From Squalus acanthias (Eukaryota), in contig CM059432.1 of the NCBI GenBank assembly GCA_030390025.1, positions 39,124,001-39,188,000 of the forward strand: 64,000 nt of DNA, read 5' to 3'. The position numbers and the translations under genes are program-made. Below are positions 1 through 14,230 of this stretch, in pieces. Under the pieces are notes generated by a model. It was not told where the DNA came from. It saw only the letters and a program-made list of their open reading frames with translations, and made no database searches. The first letter of the stretch is position 1. Each line of letters opens with the position of its first letter.

Positions 1-129
1 CCCCTGTCCCGCCTCCATTAAAAGGGAAGAGAGAGAGTTGGGGTCGGGGTCGGGTTTGAGATTTTTAAAATTTTCACATCTCACCCAACCCAAACCGACC
101 CATTTATGGGGGTTAAAATTACCCCTATT

Positions 130-600
130 GTTCCAGAAACTGTCTCAAATACACTCTAGAAATTTGCTGCATTCACTATTTGAGCTGTTCTGCTTCTCCC
201 AGTCAATGTAAACATTAAAATCTCCCATTATAACTGCATTGGTTTTACTACATGCTTTCCCGATCTCCATATTTATACATCCCATCAGTACTATCAGGAG
301 GTCTGTAGACAACTCACACCAGGGTCTTGCATCCTTTACTGTTCATTAACATCTACCTATGCTGTTTCCATTGCCTGCTCACCCTTACTGAAATCCATTC
401 TTTTTACTTCTGTTATTATGTCGTTTATCAATATTGCTACTCCTCCTCCTTTCCCAGTCCTTTCAAAAGACCTTATAGCCTGAAATATTTAGCTCCCAGT
501 CATGCCAGCTTGTAGCCAAGAATGTAGGAACAGGAGAAGGTCATTCAACACCTCAAGCCTGTTCCACCATTCAATTAGATCATGGCTGACCATACCCTTC
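130..600 (-). mobile_element. Degenerate CR1 LINE fragments (endonuclease region plus a 3' UTR piece)
   Basis: Resembles the EN region and 3' UTR (GGAACAGGAGAAGG...GATCATGGCTGA) of the intact CR1 at 31722-36217; no open frame. Confidence 0.6.
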
Positions 601-775
601 TAGCTCGCTTATTTTGTTCCTTATGCTATGTGCATTTGTGCACAGAACTCTTATTTGGGTAACTGCCCCTACCTGCCCATATGTCCTGCTGGACTTTTTC
701 TCACACTTTTTGATGTCATAATTTTTGTGGCTGATCCTCTGTACATTGTTATACAGGCAATTTAATATATTCTAA

Positions 776-1526
776 GGGGGTGAAATTGGGTTTGGGACAA
801 TAATTTTTAAAAGTTTGGAAAATTAGCGCCAGGTGCTATGTTTTTCAAACTTTAAAAAAATGTGATTTTCTCGCTGCAAGAGGGAAGTGGAGCACTAAAT
901 CAAGCGCTCCACTTCCCTCTTGGAGCGCGATCGGCATCAGGCGGGGTGGTGAGTTCTGCAGCACTGCACATTGGGCCGTGCAGTGCTGCCGCTTTGGAAG
1001 GCTCCTTCCCTCCCTTAAAGGGAAGGACCATCGCTGCAGGCTCTGCAAAAGAAAGGGCACCTACCTGGACCACCAAGGGAGCGGTGAACATGCGCGATCA
1101 GCCCGGCACCCACTTAGAGTGCTGGGCTGATCGATCGCGGGCAGGAACCCGCGAAAAAAAACGGATCAAAAAAGGTAAGTTTTTTTTTACTTACCTCGGC
1201 CACCTTGCCTTTAAGCATCACCCCCAAAGTGGCTGGTCATCTGATGCATGTTTCCTGAAGCTGCCGTTGTTTTTGCCCGGCGATGCTTCAGGGGGTGGAA
1301 ATGAATATCAGGTCCGGGGCGCTACCGGGGCGATGTGTGGCTGGATGATGTCATGATCTCTGGCCGCAGGCCGGCGTGGCGATAGGGGTTACTGCCACCA
1401 CAAACCGGCAGGTCAATTTCACGGGTGGTGGTAACATCACCACGCCCAGGCAGTAAGACCTTAGCGCCTTGTTATTGCCCCCCAGAGGTGATAATGGGAG
1501 GCGCTAAGGCACTGAATTTCTAGCCC
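776..1526. mobile_element. Harbinger-type non-autonomous DNA transposon (MITE)
   Basis: Imperfect TIRs GGGGGTGAAATT...AATTTCTAGCCC with TAA/TTA flanks; internal similarity to 52983-53872. Confidence 0.7.
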
Positions 1527-1699
1527 TTATTTTTCACACCTGCTTTATTTTTAACAGGTATTTTATTATTACTTCCTATAACCTTTTCTGTACCCAAAGT
1601 ATTTATATTATCTTTATGACTTTTTGTACTCTTACCTTTGCTTTCATCCCTTTAAGTTACTATCATTTCTAATATTATTTGTACCCGAAACCTCCACCC

Positions 1700-1980
1700 C
1701 CTCTATTGGTTTAAAGGCCTTTTTAAAGCCCTATTTATCCTTTTTGTTAGGACCTTGACCCCAACCCAGTTCAGCTAGAGCCTAGAGATTACCACCATTG
1801 AGGTCCTGCCTTTTAATTTAGCACCTAGCTCCTGATACTCCCTTAGCAGGACCTCTTCCTATGTTATTGGTTCCGACATGGATCACGACAACTGGTTCTT
1901 CCACCTGCCTTTCCAAAATTCTTTCCAGCCACTTTGAGATATCCCTTAGCCTGGCACCAGGTAGGTAACACACCACTTTT
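1700..1980 (-). mobile_element. Degenerate CR1 ORF1 (esterase) fragment
   Basis: Parallels 35070-35290 (GGACCTCTTCC...ACATGGATCACGACAACTGG, the VVIHVGTN region). Confidence 0.6.
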
Positions 1981-3289
1981 GCTTCCCCACTCAGGCCCCG
2001 GTTAAAATGGAATTGGGGTCCCGTTGATGTAATAGAACCCTGATTTGCATAAAGTCATGAAGTCCACGTCTGCTTTAAGCAGGTTAAAATCCGAAATGAC
2101 TCAAAGGGGTCGGGATCTGACCGGGTAAGTAATCTGCTCCTTTTAACTGACCACCTGCCCGGTTAATATCGATCCCTTAAACTCTGATAGCTGTTCACTT
2201 TTACTGTATGTATGCTAGAAAATCCTGTGATAAACAACAAAATATTCTTCCAATGTAGGGTTTAGGAGGATGGGCTGGGGAAATGGGTTAGACACCAGCC
2301 TTTTACTCCTGAGGCTGGAGTTAAAGTCCAACCCAGATTGAAGGAGATTAACGTCTCTCCTCTGTGCTTGCTATAAGGGTCCAATGAGAAAGTAATTTAG
2401 GAACATAGAAATTGCTAGATGAAAAAAGACCTTCCAGTGCGCCTTCTAACATCCTGGTAGTTGCATGATACAATGATAATAGAGATGTTGACTAAACATA
2501 GTAATCATTCTCTGCCAATTAGTCTGCAACAGACCCAGTCATGACGCAAAGAAAATCCCAGTCATGGAGAGATTTGGGAACCGTAGGTCCAACGTCACCT
2601 GTTTCTCCCAAGCACGCGACATTTACCACATGCCATGTCTCAAAAGACTCATACACTGTATCCCAAAATGTTATTTTCTGAAAGACATCTTTCTAACTTG
2701 CATTTGAATGAATCAATAACTGCTACCACTGTCTCCCTAGGGAGCTTGTTCCATAGATTGACCACTCACTCACTGAAATATTGGGCTGGATTTTCATGGG
2801 GAAGACGGGTTTGGGGCTGGCGGGGGGGGGGGGGGGCTTCGAGGCGGGCAGGAAACCCGGGCGAATGGGTCTCCCGCAGGCCTTGCCGACTTTAACGGCA
2901 GGGCCTGATTTGCATCTGAAGCCTCTGTTTCCTACCCGCAGCCAGCCAGATGGAAAGGCTGGCCACCGGAGGATCGGGGCTGGCCTCAAGATCATCGGGC
3001 GAAGGGCGGGGGGGGGGGGGGGTGGAGGTGCGGGTAGGGACGATTGGGGATGCCCACTAGAGGATCGTGGCCAGTCTCAGGATGATCGGTAGGTGGTGGG
3101 GGGGGGGGGGGGGGGGGGGGAGTCCAGGAAAGCAATCGGAGGCCTTGTGAGGGGATCTCCGATCGCAGGGGGTGGGATAGGCAGGGACCCTGGATCCGGG
3201 AGGTAGGTATAAAGGCATTTACCTCCTGAATGCAGTAGTCGTCGCCTTGCTGTAACTGCCGGGTTTTACGAAGTGTGTAAAGTATCTTC

Positions 3290-6200
3290 ACCACACAGAC
3301 TGCAACAGTTCAAGAAGGCGGCTCACCACCACCTTCTCAAGGGCAATTAGGGATGGGCAATAAATGTTGCCCTTGCCAGCGACGCCCTCATCCCAGGAAT
3401 GAATAAATCTGTGTCCTCTGGTTACCGACCCTTCTGCCCCTGGCAACAGTTTCTCCTTATTTACTCTATCAAACCCACAGATCTAGCAGCTCAAAACTGG
3501 GCATCCATGAGGCGCTGTGGGCCATCAGCAGCAGCAGAATTGTATTCCGCCACAATCTGTAACCTCATGGCCCGGCATATCCCTCACTCTACCATTACCA
3601 ACCCTGGTTCAATGAGGAGTGTAGAAGGGCATGCCAGGAGCAGCACCAGGTGTACCTAAAAATGAGGTGCCAACCTGGGGAAGCTGCAACACAGGACTAC
3701 ATGCATGCTAAAAAGTGGAAGCAGCATGCTATAGACAGGGCTAAGCGATCCCACAATCAACGGATCAGATCAAAGCTCTGCAGTCCTGTCACATCCAGTC
3801 GTGAATGGTGGTGGACCATTAAACAACTAACGGGAGGAGGAGGCTCCATGAATATCCCCATCCTCAATGATGGTGGAGCCCAGCACGTGAGTGCAAAAGA
3901 CAAGGCTGAAGCATTTGCAACCATCTGCAGCCAGAAGTGCTGAGTGGGTGATCCATATCGGCCTACTCCTGAGGTCCCCACCATCACAGAAACCAGTCTT
4001 CAGCCAATTTGATTCACTCCACGTAATATCAAGAAACAGCTGAACGCACTGGATACAGCAAAGGCTATGGGCCCCGACAACATCCCAGCTATCATGCGGA
4101 AGACTTGTCCTCCAGAACTAGCCACGCCTCTAGCCAAGCTTTTCCAGTACTGGCATTTACCTGACAATGTGGAAAACTGCCCAGGTATGTCCTGTCCACA
4201 AAAAGCAGGACAAATCCAACCCGGCCAATTACTGCCCCATCAGTCTACTCTCAATCATCAGCAAAGTGATGGAAGGTGTCATCGAAAGTGCTATCAAGCG
4301 GCACTTACTCACCAATAACCTGCTCACGGATGCCCAGTTTGGATTCCGCCAAGACCACTCGGCTCCCGACCTCATTACAGCCTTAGTCCAAACATGGACA
4401 AAGGAGCTGAATTCCAGAGGTGAGGTGAGAGTGACTGCCCTTGACATCAAGGCAGCATTTGACCAAGTGTGGCATCAAGGAGCCCTAGTAAAACTGAAGT
4501 CAATGGGAATTGGGGGGAAAATGCTCCACTGGCTGGAGTCATACCTAGCACAAAGGAAGATGGTTGTGGTGGTTGAAAGTCAATAATCACAGCCCCAGGA
4601 CATCGCTGCAGGAGTTCCCCGGGGCAGTGTCCTAGGCCCAACCATCTTCAGCTGCTTCATCAATGACCTTCCCTCCAACATAAGGTCAGAAATGGGGATG
4701 TTCGCTGATGACTGCACAGTGTTCAGCACCATTTACAACTCCTCAGATAATGAAGCAGTCCATGCCAGCATGCAACAAGACCTGGACGACGTTCACGCTT
4801 GGGCTGATAAGTGGCAGGTAACATTCGCGCACCCAGCCCAGTTGACCCTGCAAAGTCCTCCTCACTAACATGTGGGGACTTGTGCCAAAATTGGGAGAGC
4901 TGTCCCACAGTCTAGTCAGGCAACAGCCTGACATAGTCATATTCACAGAATCGTACCTATGAGCCAATGTTCCAGACTCCTCCATCACCATCCCTGGGTA
5001 TGTCCTGTCCCACCAGCAGGACAGACCCACCACAGGTGGCAGCACAGTGGTATACAGTCGGGAGGGAGTGGCCCTGGAAGTCTTCAACATTGACTGTGGA
5101 CCTCATGAAGTCTCATAGCATCATGTCAAACATGAGTAAGGAAATCTCCTGCTGATTACCACCTATCGCCCTCCTTCAGCAGATGAATCAGCACTCCTCC
5201 ATGTTGAATACCACTTGGAAGCACTGAGAGCAGCAAGGGCACTGAATGTACTCTGGGTGGGGGACCTCAATGTCCATCCCCAAGAGTGGCTCGGTAGTAC
5301 CACCACTGACCAAGCTGGCTAAGTCCTAAAGGACATAGCTGCCAGATTGGGCTGTGGCAGGTTATGAGAGAACAACATGAGGGAAATAACCTATTTGACC
5401 TCGTCCTCACTAATCTACCTGTAGCAGATGTCCATGAGAGTATTGATAGCAGTGACCACCACATAGAATTTGTGGAGACAAAGTCCCGCCTTCACGCTGA
5501 GATCACCCTCCATCGTGTTGTTTGGCACTTCCACCATGCTAAATGGGATAGATTAAGAACAGAACTAGCAGCTCAAAACTAGGCATCTCAGATAATGAAG
5601 CAGTCTGTGCCCATATGCAACAAGACCTGGACAACATCCAGGCTTGGGCTGATAAATGGCAAATAACATTTGCACCACACAAGTGCTTGGCAATGACCAT
5701 CTCCAACAAGAAAGTGTCTAACCACGTCCCCATGACATTTAATGGCATTACCATCATCGAATCCCCTACCATCAACATCCTGGGAATCATTATTGACCAG
5801 AAACTTAACTAGACCAGCCAAATAAATACTTTAACTACAAGAGCAGGCCAGAGGCTAAGTATTCTGTGGTGAGTGACTCACCTCCTGACTCCCCAAAGTC
5901 TTTCCACTACCAAAAGATACAAGTCAGGAGTGTGATGGAATACTCTCCACATGCCTAGATGACTCCAGCTCAAACAACACAAGAAGCTCAACACCATTTA
6001 GGACAAAGCAGTCCTCTTGATCGCCACCCCATCCACTACATTAATCATTCACACACTCCACCACCGGCACACCGTGGCTGCAGTGTGTACTATCTACAAG
6101 ATGCACTGCAGCAACTCGCCAAGGCTACTTTGACAGCACCTCCCAAACCCGTGACGTCTATCACCTAGAAGGACAAGGGCAGCAGGTGCATGGGAACACC

Positions 6201-6295
6201 ACCACCTGCAAGTTCCTTTCCAAGTCACACACCATCCTGACTTGGACATATATCGCCATTCTTCATCGTTGCTGGGTCAAAATCCTAGGACTCCT
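3290..6295 (+). mobile_element. Fragments of a CR1/L2-group LINE (clade uncertain), out of canonical order
   Basis: 3' end at 3290-3405; RT 3476-4830 (NYCPISLLS, ALDIKAAFD, GVPxGSVLGP, FADD); EN 4831-5590; RT C-terminus/3' region 5588-6295. Confidence 0.9.
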
Positions 6296-7207
6296 GTCTA
6301 TCTGAGCTAGCATATCTGTCTGGGTAGCCTGACCTGGAAGTGCTTAAAACTGATATGAAGATGAGGATGTTCCATTCAACTGTAATGACATCTCTTGACT
6401 GAATTGAGCAAAAGGTTCACTACAAAAAAAATAAAGTAAATCTCTAGGGGTAAAAATGGTCACTATACTCACAACCATAATCAAGGAACTCATTTTGTCT
6501 GCTTCTTTGCTGAATTTTCCTCTGCTATCCCAGCTAAAATCAGGTGGATATAGCAGGAAAATGGGACTGTGAGACATTTTGTTGCCTCCCTACCCTGACC
6601 TCAATTCCGTTCCCCCTCCACCCATCCTTCCAAAACCGCAAGCAACCGCCCTTTCCCCATCTGCCGCGTGTAATTACTGCCTGGTGGTTGGCGAGGAGGA
6701 CTGGAAACCCGGCCAGCTCTCCCATTCCTCTCCTCCTTACCCGTGTTACTGCCACACCCCAGTGCCACCTGGTGGAAGCTTGCAGTTGGCTGGGATAATG
6801 GGGCAATGCCCCCAAAGGGCGGCAATGAAGGGACAGGTGCTAGCAGAGGTCTCTCCTTTTAATTTAGATCTCACTCACTCATCTGCATAGGCCTCCTGCT
6901 GTCTTTAGGACTGTCCTACCCCTTTGGCGTCCCTTGCTGCTGCAGTGGCATTCACTCTGCGGCAAGCTGGTGTTTCTTCAGTGGCATTGGCAGTCTCCCT
7001 CTTGGTGAATCCCACTAGAAGCCAGCTGCATGTAGGTAATAAAGCCTGACCCAGGAAAATGGTTCGAGGCTGCGAGAGCGTCAGGTGGATGGCAATCCCA
7101 TTTGCTCATACTAGCACCGCAAAAAGAAAATCCAGTTCGGTGTGTCTCTTACGCTATCACAACATCGTTACTTACAATAAAATGTTGATAGAAATTACAA
7201 CATGGAA

Positions 7208-7750
7208 ACAACAACAACTTACTTTTATATAGCACCTTTAACATAGTAAAATGTTCCATGGTGCTTCACAAGAGCGTTATCAAACAAAATTTGACACCGA
7301 GCTACATAAGGAGATATTAGGACAGGTGACCAAAAGTTTGGTTAAAGAGGTATGCTTTAAAGAGAGTCTGAAAGGCGGAGAGAATGGTAAAGAAGTGGGG
7401 AGGTTTAGGGAGGGAATTCCAGAGCTTGGCGCCTAGGCAGCTGAAGGCAAGGCCACCAATGGTGGAGCGATTAAAACCAGGGATGCGCAAGAAGCCAGAA
7501 TTGGAGGAGTGCAGAGATCTTGGAGGGTTGCAGGGCTGTTGGAGGTTACAGAGATAGGGTAAGGCTTGAAAATAAGGATGAGAATTTTAAAATCAAGGCA
7601 TTGCTGGACCAGGAGCCAAAGTAGGGCAGTGAGCACATGGATGATGGGTGAACTGGACTTGGTGCGATTTAGGATAAGGGCAGCAGAGTTTTGGATGAAC
7701 TCAAGTTTACGGAGAATGCAAGGTGAGAGGCTGGCCAAGACAGCATTGGC
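7208..7750 (-). mobile_element. L2 LINE 3' fragment
   Basis: QNSAA...LLWL...FKILIL C-terminal motif and (GTT)n tail; same family as 31441, 36218 and 45775. Confidence 0.85.
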
Positions 7751-7759
7751 CCAACCAAT

Positions 7760-8250
7760 CCATGTCAGCATTTACTCTCCAAGCAAACAAATATTCCTAA
7801 TCACATTTACTCACCCTCTTCCCATATCCCTTCATCCCCTTTTCCTTCATCTACCTGTCCAATCTAATCTTGAATATTCACATGGTTTCCGTTTCAATCA
7901 TTACCCTGAACATCACAGCCTCACAACTCTCTGTGTAAAGAAGTTTCTCCTCTTTGTTCTAAATCTCTTACATTTAATATTGTATCTATGGCCCTTTGTT
8001 TTTGACGCCTCATCTACCAGAAGCAGCCTGCAACAATCTATCCTGTTTCATCCTTTCATAATTTGAAACATTTCTATCACAGCACCTCTTAATCTGTATT
8101 GTTCTAACAAGAAAAGATCCACCTTTTCAAGTCTTCCTTTGTATTTGTATTTCCTCATATTAGGCACCATCTTCATGAATCTGTCTTGTACCCTCTCTAA
8201 AGCCATAATATCCTTCCTACAGCATGCAGTCCAATATACATCCAATGACT
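7760..8250 (-). mobile_element. Degenerate CR1 3' fragment
   Basis: KDIMALERVQ...RLRG..IE.F.IMKG. Confidence 0.8.
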
Positions 8251-8464
8251 TGCCATGCCACCTCAAACCATGGGAACTTTGCTTCAGTGTTAATCCTGTT
8301 TGTTGACCTGTTATAAGTTGTAAGTTGTAATATTTGTATTTATTTCTGTTTACTCCCCTAGCAAATAAACCATTGGATATAATATTTGTCCAATCTGCAG
8401 GCTTAATGTGTATGATGCACTACTTGACCAGGATGCCTGTTGTTTTAATATGAGGTATAAGATA

Positions 8465-8790
8465 TAGAGTGATGCTGACAAGGCTGCATTTATTGCCCAT
8501 CCCCAGTTGCCCTGAAAAGGTGTTGTGAGCCAAGGCCACTTTAGAGGGCATTAAGAATTAACCACATAGTGTGGCCTAGAGTGACATGTATGCCCAACTA
8601 GGTAGGGGTGGCATGTTCCCGTTCCAGAAGGACATTAGTGAACTAATTGGATTTTTATAATAGTCTGGCAGCTTTCATGGCCATTCTTTCTGGTGCTTGC
8701 CCACAAATTACCAGAATTACTTGAACTCAATTTCACAAGTTGCCAAGGCAGGATTACTAGTCTTGTACCATAGCCACTACACTACCATAC
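8465..8790 (-). mobile_element. tRNA-derived SINE-like element sharing both ends with the LINE at 57500-60630
   Basis: A-box-like TAGTGTAGTGG, body GTTCACTAATGTCCTT, tail GGGATGGGCAATAAATGC. Confidence 0.7.
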
Positions 8791-10644
8791 ATGAACTATT
8801 TTATGGCTATTGCATCCAGCAAGTCCCTGATGTCTATCATGAGCGAGGGTTCAAATAAATGCTGAAGGTAATTCTTAAGTGAGAACATAATTTCCTTTTT
8901 AAACTTGATCCTCATTTCCCTTTTTTTGAGCCTTATGAGAAACTGAGGATTATTTATTTGAGCTCAAATTATAATTTTATCGTTAAACTGTAAGATTTTA
9001 ATGGACAATAAGATGCTATAATTGTTTATTTCCTAATTGACATTGATAGGTCTGCTGTAAAAAAAAAATCCGCTCAGAAACCAAGATTAGTTTCAAAAGG
9101 GATAATGGAGCTTTAACTTGAATTTCCACAGAAGGCATATTCTCTCGGGTGTGCAAATACAGTTAAGCCCTGATAACATCTTCTTCACTTTACCAACAAA
9201 AAACTTGATTGTGATCAGAAACTGGCCGTATCTGGGATTAACAGTGATTTGCAGTAATGGATCAGGACCTGTCAAAGAAAAACTGTGCTCAACGGGATAT
9301 GTGCTGAATTTGGACCATTATAAGGAGAACTGTATTTGGAGATTTGGTTAGTGAGACTATGGTCGCTGTTTGCTTTAGGAGGCCATGGTAATGACTCTGC
9401 CACTGCTTGAGTAGGTGACCCTATAGGACTTTTTCAACAGAGATAAAACCATATACATCAATGTTGTTTCAAACAATTAGCTCAAAGGAGGTCACAGGGC
9501 ATCCAAATAGCAGGGCCTAATAGTAGCAAAAACTAACTGTCAATCAATTAGAATTGCCCCATGGTGGGACTTGTTTCTAAATTCTCAAAGAATTTAAAGA
9601 ATCCAGGAGAGAGAAAGAAAAAAAATGTATCCTTTGCACAGAGTCAATGCGCTGCCCCCAAGAGATTACTGGAGGGCTGAAATGACAATCATTAAATTGT
9701 TTGAAAAAATCTCTTTTCTGCAATTAATAGCAATATTCTAATCTTAAGAAGACGTTTAAAACGATTATAGTAACAAGCATGACTGAGTCACACTTACACA
9801 CTTCCCACGATGTTGCAGATTGATTTTCTTTGTTTCGGAGAATGCTTCAGGCAGACATGGAAAACACTAAATTAGCTCAAACAAATGAATCCATAAATCA
9901 TCGCTAGTGATTTTCTCCAAGACAGTAGCAGCAACAACAAAAAAGCCATGCACACACAAGCTTGATGTCCTGCTCTTACCCATGATGAATTTTACTATAA
10001 ACCTATCTCCAATGGTCCAGGCGTTTGCTTTCATTAAAATATTTATAGTCTTTTATTTCGAAATAACCCTGAAGGTTTCAAAATAATTCCTCTCATGTTC
10101 AAAGCATATTCCCTTTTTACAGCACACAAGCACGGGTGACTAACTTGAAAAGATCAAGCACTTACCATTCTGTTAATTGTACTGTTGACCTAATTTATCT
10201 GCAAATGAATGTAAGTGTTCGAGAAACAGCCCAACCTTAAAAACACAGCAAGGTGCCAGGGATAAAGGTTAATGAGCCTTAAACTGCTTGGCTATCCTAT
10301 CTTGGGAGAAAGTTTCCATTTGTCATCTGTAAGTCTGATTTTACGGCTTAACCCTTACAACACTAGTAGCAAATATACAGAATTCCTGTTTATTTAGGAA
10401 GGTAAGGATTAAATATATTGCTCCCTCTGTGAACTGCAGTGAGAGTGAATCCTTTCATTGGACTAGCATGCATGTGCAGCAGAATACATAAACATTCAAA
10501 GTGACAGGGACATATAAATAAATAATTGTAAATAAGGTACGTTGAGGTAGGTTTGATAAATTTTAATATGGGGCTATTAATCACCAATCATATTAAGGTT
10601 ACAACTTTTGTTTGTCAATAAATGTGCTTTATGTTAAACACACT

Positions 10645-11260
10645 GGAGGAGATTTTAAGGCTTCCTGTCTGGCGGAAACAGGGCGGTAGCGCCAAAAACA
10701 AAATGGGGTCTGACCTACCGGCCAATTTCTGCCAAATGTGTGCCTGACACTATATTCCCAAGAGCCCACCACTGGGCAGCTGGAACGCCCGCCTGACTCA
10801 GACAGTAAGCCTTTATAATATGCAAATAGGGGTTCTATGACATACACTGGACCCTGATTGCCATTTTAGGATTCAGCTGGGTGGAGCGTGCACCGTGAGC
10901 GCTCCGCCCAGTTTCAGCTGGTGGTCCAGCCGAAGAAGACCCCGGAGGTTAAGTTTTTAATCATTTTTGTGGGGCCAGGATGAGCGGGAGCGCTTCTTGT
11001 GGCTCCACCAAAATAACCACAGTTGTTGCCCCAACAGGTAACCTCCCCCCGCCGGACTTACCTTCTCCGGTCCTGCAGGTTGGCTGGTCTGCTCGATAGT
11101 GCTGTGGCCCGAAGCCAGCGGGCTGCTCTAGGGTTCTCATTTTCCATCCGCAGCTCGCCGGCTGTGTATTAATGAGGACCTCAAAATGGACCGGGCTTCC
11201 TGCCAGCACTCTCGCTCCACCAGCTGGCCAGCCGAAAACCCACAGGGGCAAAATCTACCC
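10645..11260. mobile_element. Harbinger-type MITE (degenerate)
   Basis: GGAGGAGATTTT...AAAATCTACCC ends; GC-rich body like other copies. Confidence 0.5.
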
Positions 11261-11869
11261 ACATTCATGATAAATTGTTTGACAAACTCTTATTTGTGTG
11301 AGTGGAGGAGGGATGGGTTGGGAGTCGACAGGGCAAACCAAGAAAAGTCAAATATGCTCGGGGTCAATTCCAATAGGATGACATTGGTCACATGACACAA
11401 TGATGTGTTTTAACTTGCTTTACATCATCGTATTGCATGCTGTAACTAAAAGGAAAGGTTTGTCAAATACATTTAATTGAAGCCAGTCCCCCTCTAATGT
11501 ATGCCACTATATCTTGCAATGTAGCAAAGAAAACAAATTGCCAAATACTTCTTCATGAAGGCAATGCCACATTAATTCTTTAAATGAATGAAAATTGTAG
11601 TGCACAAGCTTGATGATGATGTCTTCACTGGACCTCTGGTCATGAGTTTCGTGCAGGTTACAAGGAAATGACAACAATGGAAACAGGCTGTTCGGCCCAA
11701 CTAGTCCGTGTTGGTATTTATCCCCCACGAGACGCAACTAAAAACTCAAAGTATTGTCACATTGATTTTTTTTTAAGGTGCTTAAACCATCTCTTGACAT
11801 GTGTTAATTTGCTCACCTCGCAAATCAAGCGTTGCTTGAAAGTGTCACTTGCAGCAAGCATTATGATAG

Positions 11870-12897
11870 ATCAATCATCAGCAAAGTGATGGAAGGTGTC
11901 ATCAACAGTGCTATCAAGCGGCACTTACTCACCAATAACCTGCTCACTGATGCTCAGTTTGGGTTCTACCAAGACCACTCAGCTCCCAACCTCATTACAG
12001 CCTTGGTCCAAACATGGACAAAGGAGCTGAATTCCAGAGGTGAGGTGAGAGTGACTGCCCTGGACATCAAGGCATCATTTGACCGAGTGTGGCATCAAAG
12101 AGCCCTAGTAAAACTGAAGTCAATGGGAATCGGGGGGGGGGGGAACTCTCCACTGGCTGGAGTCATACCTAGCACAAAGGAAGATGGTTGTGGTGGTTGA
12201 AGGTCAATCATCACAGCCCCCGGACATTCCTCATGGCAGTGTCCTAGGCCCAACCATCTTCCCTCCAACAAAAGTTCAGAAATGGGGATGTTCATTGATA
12301 ACTGCACAGTATTCCGTGCCATTCAATACTCCTCAGATAATGAAGCAGTCCATGCCCGCATGCAACAAGACCTGGACGACGTTTAGGCTTGGGCTGATAA
12401 GTGGCAGGTAACATTCACGCCACAGAAGTGCCAGGCAATGACTATCTCCAACAAAGCAGCCCGCTTGATTGGCCCCTCATCCACCACCTTAAACATTCAC
12501 CCCCTCCACCACCGGCGTACCGTGGGGGCAGTGTGTACCATCTACAAGATGCACTGCAGCAACTCGCCAAGGCTTCTTTGGCAGCACCTCCCAAGCCTGC
12601 GACCTCTTCCACCTAGAAGGACAAGGGCAGCAGGCGCATGGGAACACCACCACCTCCAAGTTCCCCTCCAAGTCATGCACCATCCTGACTTAGAAGTATA
12701 TCGCCGATCCTTCATCGTCGCTGGGTCAAAATCCTGGAACTCCCTCCCTAACAGCACTGTGGGAGTACCATCACCACACGGACTGCAGCGGTTCAAGAAG
12801 GCGGCTCACCACCACCTTCTCAAGGGCAACTAGGATTGGGCAATAAATGCTGGCATTGCCAGTGACACCCACATCCCATAAACGAATTAAAAAAATA
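11870..12897 (+). mobile_element. 5'-truncated CR1/L2-group LINE with internal deletions
   Basis: SKVMEGVINSAIKRHLL...ALDIKASFD; 3' end GGGCAATAAATGCTGG...AATTAAAAAAA. Confidence 0.9.
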
Positions 12898-12984
12898 TAT
12901 ATATTTCTTTTCTGTTTTTGTAGATCTGGAAGAACAGCCATCAAGCAATACAAATGGTTCTGAGCATGACCGTGAATGGTGAAG

Positions 12985-13365
12985 GGAATCGGGGATGCAA
13001 GAGAAGTGGAGGAACACAGGGTTCTCAGAGGGTTGTCGGGCTGGAAGAGGTTACAGATATAGGGAGGGGCGAGGCCATGGAAGGATTTGAACACAAGGAT
13101 GAGAATTTTAAATTCGAGGCATTGCAGGACCAGGCATCTATGTAGGTCAGTGAGCACAGGGGTGAACGGGACTTGGTGCGAGTTAGCATACGGGCAGCAG
13201 AGTTTCAGATGAGCTCAAGTTTACAGAGAGTTGAAGATGGGAGACTGGCCAGGAGAGAATTGGAATAGTCGAGTCTGGAGATAACAAAAGCATGGATGAG
13301 GGATTCAGCAGCAGATGGGCTGAGGCAGGGACGGAGAAGGGCAATATTACGGAGGTGGAAGTAGG
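12985..13365 (-). mobile_element. L2 LINE fragment
   Basis: YFHLRNIA...LIHAFVISRLDYSNSLL. Confidence 0.85.
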
Positions 13366-13379
13366 TGCTCTCCCGATAG

Positions 13380-14230
13380 TATGCAGAAGGTTGGGTTATG
13401 CCAACATTAGAACCATAATGAAAACCAGTATACTCGTAACTATGGACAAGCCCAAACAATTTGCAAGTTTCCCTGACCTTTGAGGATATCTTCCAGTAGG
13501 ATTGACAATGGGAATGCTGGGACAAATATCAGGAGCAGTAGATGGTAATGTCTCAGGTTCGGTTTCCACACTGGAAGGGTTCACATCTTCCTTCTAGACA
13601 GCCCTGGAGAGTTCACACCAGAATCAGGAGCACGACCAATGTCCCGAGAGCTGGTTGGTTTGTTACACATGGGAATAGACAAAACATCCTGAAACTTTTT
13701 GAGGAGCTGTAACAGCTACTCCCTTAGACAGAATAGGCATGGATGGTAGGTCACATGCAACATTATCATTCGGCACATTAAAGGCAGTCGATCGATGCAG
13801 TTCTCGCTTCCACTGAAACCAAAACTAAAACGCAACAGATCCAATCTTCTGTCAAATAACACCAACACTCCATTTTTTCCACATTCCCACGGAAATCAAG
13901 ACATAAAATATACTTTCTCCCACGCAATATTTCTTGGTGATCCAGTATTCCAAAGTTTCCTTCTCGACGTTGATCTTCCAAGTCAGGTTTAAAAATATCA
14001 AAACGGGTATGTACCTTTCTTCCAGTGACTAGCTCAGCAGGTGTCATACTGATGATGGTATGAGATGTCATACAACAACTGAAAAGATCATTTCTGATGC
14101 ATGGTGCCAGGATCTTGTCACACCTTTAGAGAAGTTTTGAATGTAGGTACAGCCCTCTCAATTTCCCCATTTGGCTGCGGGTGTCCGGGTGGAGAAGTAT
14201 GGAGAAAGACTTCATTTTTATTTGAGGAAA
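13380..14230 (-). pseudogene. Degenerate Ty3/Gypsy integrase C-terminal region
   Basis: HTSPPGHPQPNGEIERAV and TPAELVTGRKVHTRFDIFKPD, with many stops. Confidence 0.65.

Noticed and set aside
2270..2400. Old tRNA-derived SINE head
   Set aside because: Too degenerate to support
2820..3120. Long G runs as functional G-quadruplexes
   Set aside because: Homopolymers inside a degenerate MITE-like repeat; lengths are unreliable
9093..10200. Minus-strand splice-like sites suggesting host exons
   Set aside because: Candidate exons have stops in all frames or no recognisable protein
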